From contig JBNRSN020000026.1 of assembly GCA_051313645.2 (NCBI GenBank), positions 36,270,001 through 36,334,000 on the forward strand: a stretch of 64,000 nucleotides of DNA, read 5' to 3'. The position numbers and the translations under genes were made by a program. The notes under the pieces are model-generated. The model worked only from the letters and a program-made list of their open reading frames with translations. It ran no database searches and was not told where the DNA came from. Positions 62,481 to 64,000 of the stretch are shown here, piece after piece; position 1 is the stretch's first letter; each line of letters opens with the position of its first letter. The DNA comes from Centroscyllium fabricii. Its lineage: Eukaryota.

Positions 62481-62625
62481 TGTGGAGGTGCCGGTGTTGG
62501 ACTGGGGTGGACAAATGCAAGAAGTCACACAACACCAGATTATAGTCCAACGGTTTTATTTTAAATCACAAGCTTTCGGAGCTTCTGCCCCTTCGTCAGG
62601 TGAAAGAGAGTCTGACTTAAAGAAC
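62481..62625 (-). mobile_element. 145-bp Penelope-type terminal-repeat unit with a 10-bp TSD, inserted in an L2-like tail
   Basis: Flanked by GCCACCCTAA at 62471-62480 and 62626-62635. Confidence 0.75.
62566..62603 (-). ncRNA. Candidate minimal type I hammerhead ribozyme
   Basis: Minus strand: UCAC-CUGACGA-A-GGGGC-AGAA-GCUCC-GAAA-GC-UU-GUGA. Stem I UCAC/GUGA, CUGANGA and GAAA cores, 5-bp stem II, palindromic AAGCUU in place of stem III. Confidence 0.65.
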
Positions 62626-62719
62626 GCCACCCTAACCTCCTTTAAAGAGCCATCTTAAAACCTGCCTGTTTGACCAAGCTTTTGGTCACCCATCTAAATA
62701 TCACCTTCAATTCAATTTT

Positions 62720-62920
62720 TCAAATCAATTCTATGGTCATTGCAGTGTACTAGTATAATACAACAAAACGTAGACTCGCCGCTCCCGAGAGTAGTGCAAA
62801 TAAGTTACATGGATTGCATACAATAAAGTACATTTCAGGTGTGCAGATAATGGAATTTTTTGTTAAGAGTTTAGGAGACCGACAGCCCTGGGGAAGAAGG
62901 TGTTCTTGAATCGGTTCATT
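62720..62920 (-). mobile_element. Rex1/Babar-like LINE extreme 3' fragment
   Basis: Minus-strand NRFKNTFFPRAVGLLNS-stop resembles the Rex1/Babar RT C-terminus. Confidence 0.5.
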
Positions 62921-64000
62921 GGTTCAGTACCCATTTTTGTCTGATCATATCTCTGAAGCACCTTGGGATATTTTACCACATTAAAAAAAGGCACTATATA
63001 AAATGAAAAATTGTTGCTGGCCACCTTGCATGAATAAAGTCCGCTGAATGGTACCCAATACCCATGGAAACATACTCCAGGAAGATGCCAGCACATTCCA
63101 AAAATGAGCCAAATGAAATTACCCAGAGGAAAAAAAAAATTGGGTGACTGAATTGCACAACATACTTAATTATTGCGACTCTTGTAACAAAGAATGGGAA
63201 GTGCTAAATGTCTGCAATCAACTGCACTGCTGCAGGGAGTGCCCAGGGAGCAGCCTAGAGAGACTTGGCACCTCCCACTGCAGGGAACAGAGAGAGAAAA
63301 ACAACTGACCAACAGTTCATCCCCAGTCACACCTGCAGGTCTTCTACCAGCCAACTAAAGGCTGCATTAACTGGAAGACAAAGCAGGTGACTTGCCCCAA
63401 CCACAGGTGTGAAATGTGTAGGAAAAAAAAGGGCAAAATTAAACTTAAAAATATTCAGTTAATAGTATGGCAACAGGAAAAAAAATCATTTAGACAAATA
63501 AAGGGAAGTAATAAAAAAAACCCTGAACAAAGCAATCGCCAATTATTTAGAAATAATAAAATCAAGAGGCCAATATACTGGGGGAGGGGGTGTACAGAGC
63601 CAGGAGAACAGGTCCTTCCCATTTCTATTCAACAGAAGGGAAATGATGGGAGTGGCATCATTTCTAAACCCATTGAAGACATATGGTGCTCCATTTTCTT
63701 TTAAGAAAAAGATACTACCAGGATAGGCATTGGAATATTTGAAGTTTAAAATGATAGGAGGAGGAGAATGGAGAGACGCTTCTGCAGGTCTGAATAGCGT
63801 TTGCAGCCAACGAGAAACCGCTGACATTATTTCTTAATTACACGCCCCTCCTTGTAGTAGATTTAGAACAATTCTGACTGGAACATCTATAACGGGGGGA
63901 AATGCTTCCGCAGTATTTTGCTATTGTAACGGGAGTGTTTCGCCTGCTTTCTCCCCAATTTTGAAGAAGAAAACCACAATTTGGGATTGCAAACCAGGCA

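Overview
Eukaryotic, intron-rich DNA that looks like a cartilaginous fish (shark/ray), inferred from HE1/V-SINEs, DeuSINEs and the CR1/Penelope repeat content. Two protein-coding genes face each other tail to tail. (1) On +, the 3' part of a DTX3L-like Deltex RING E3 ligase gene: a 3.27-kb coding exon 1309-4581, then exons 6254-6465 and 11970-12039. Its Deltex C-terminal (DTC) domain appears to have lost the residues other Deltex proteins use to bind and ubiquitylate ADP-ribose. (2) On -, five coding exons of VAT1 (56523 down to 21373); the first exon lies beyond the window. The introns contain a decayed full-length CsRn1-type Ty3/Gypsy element (36627-41124), three solo LTRs (one flanked by a ~90-bp duplication), a decayed Penelope-like element, and a 145-bp TSD-flanked insert with an intact-looking minimal hammerhead ribozyme. 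They also contain RTE, CR1, L2 and Rex1 LINE fragments, SINEs and several MITE families, plus one assembly gap. Most short ORFs in the track are spurious or TE-derived. All alignments were made by eye, and family comparisons rely on remembered sequences.
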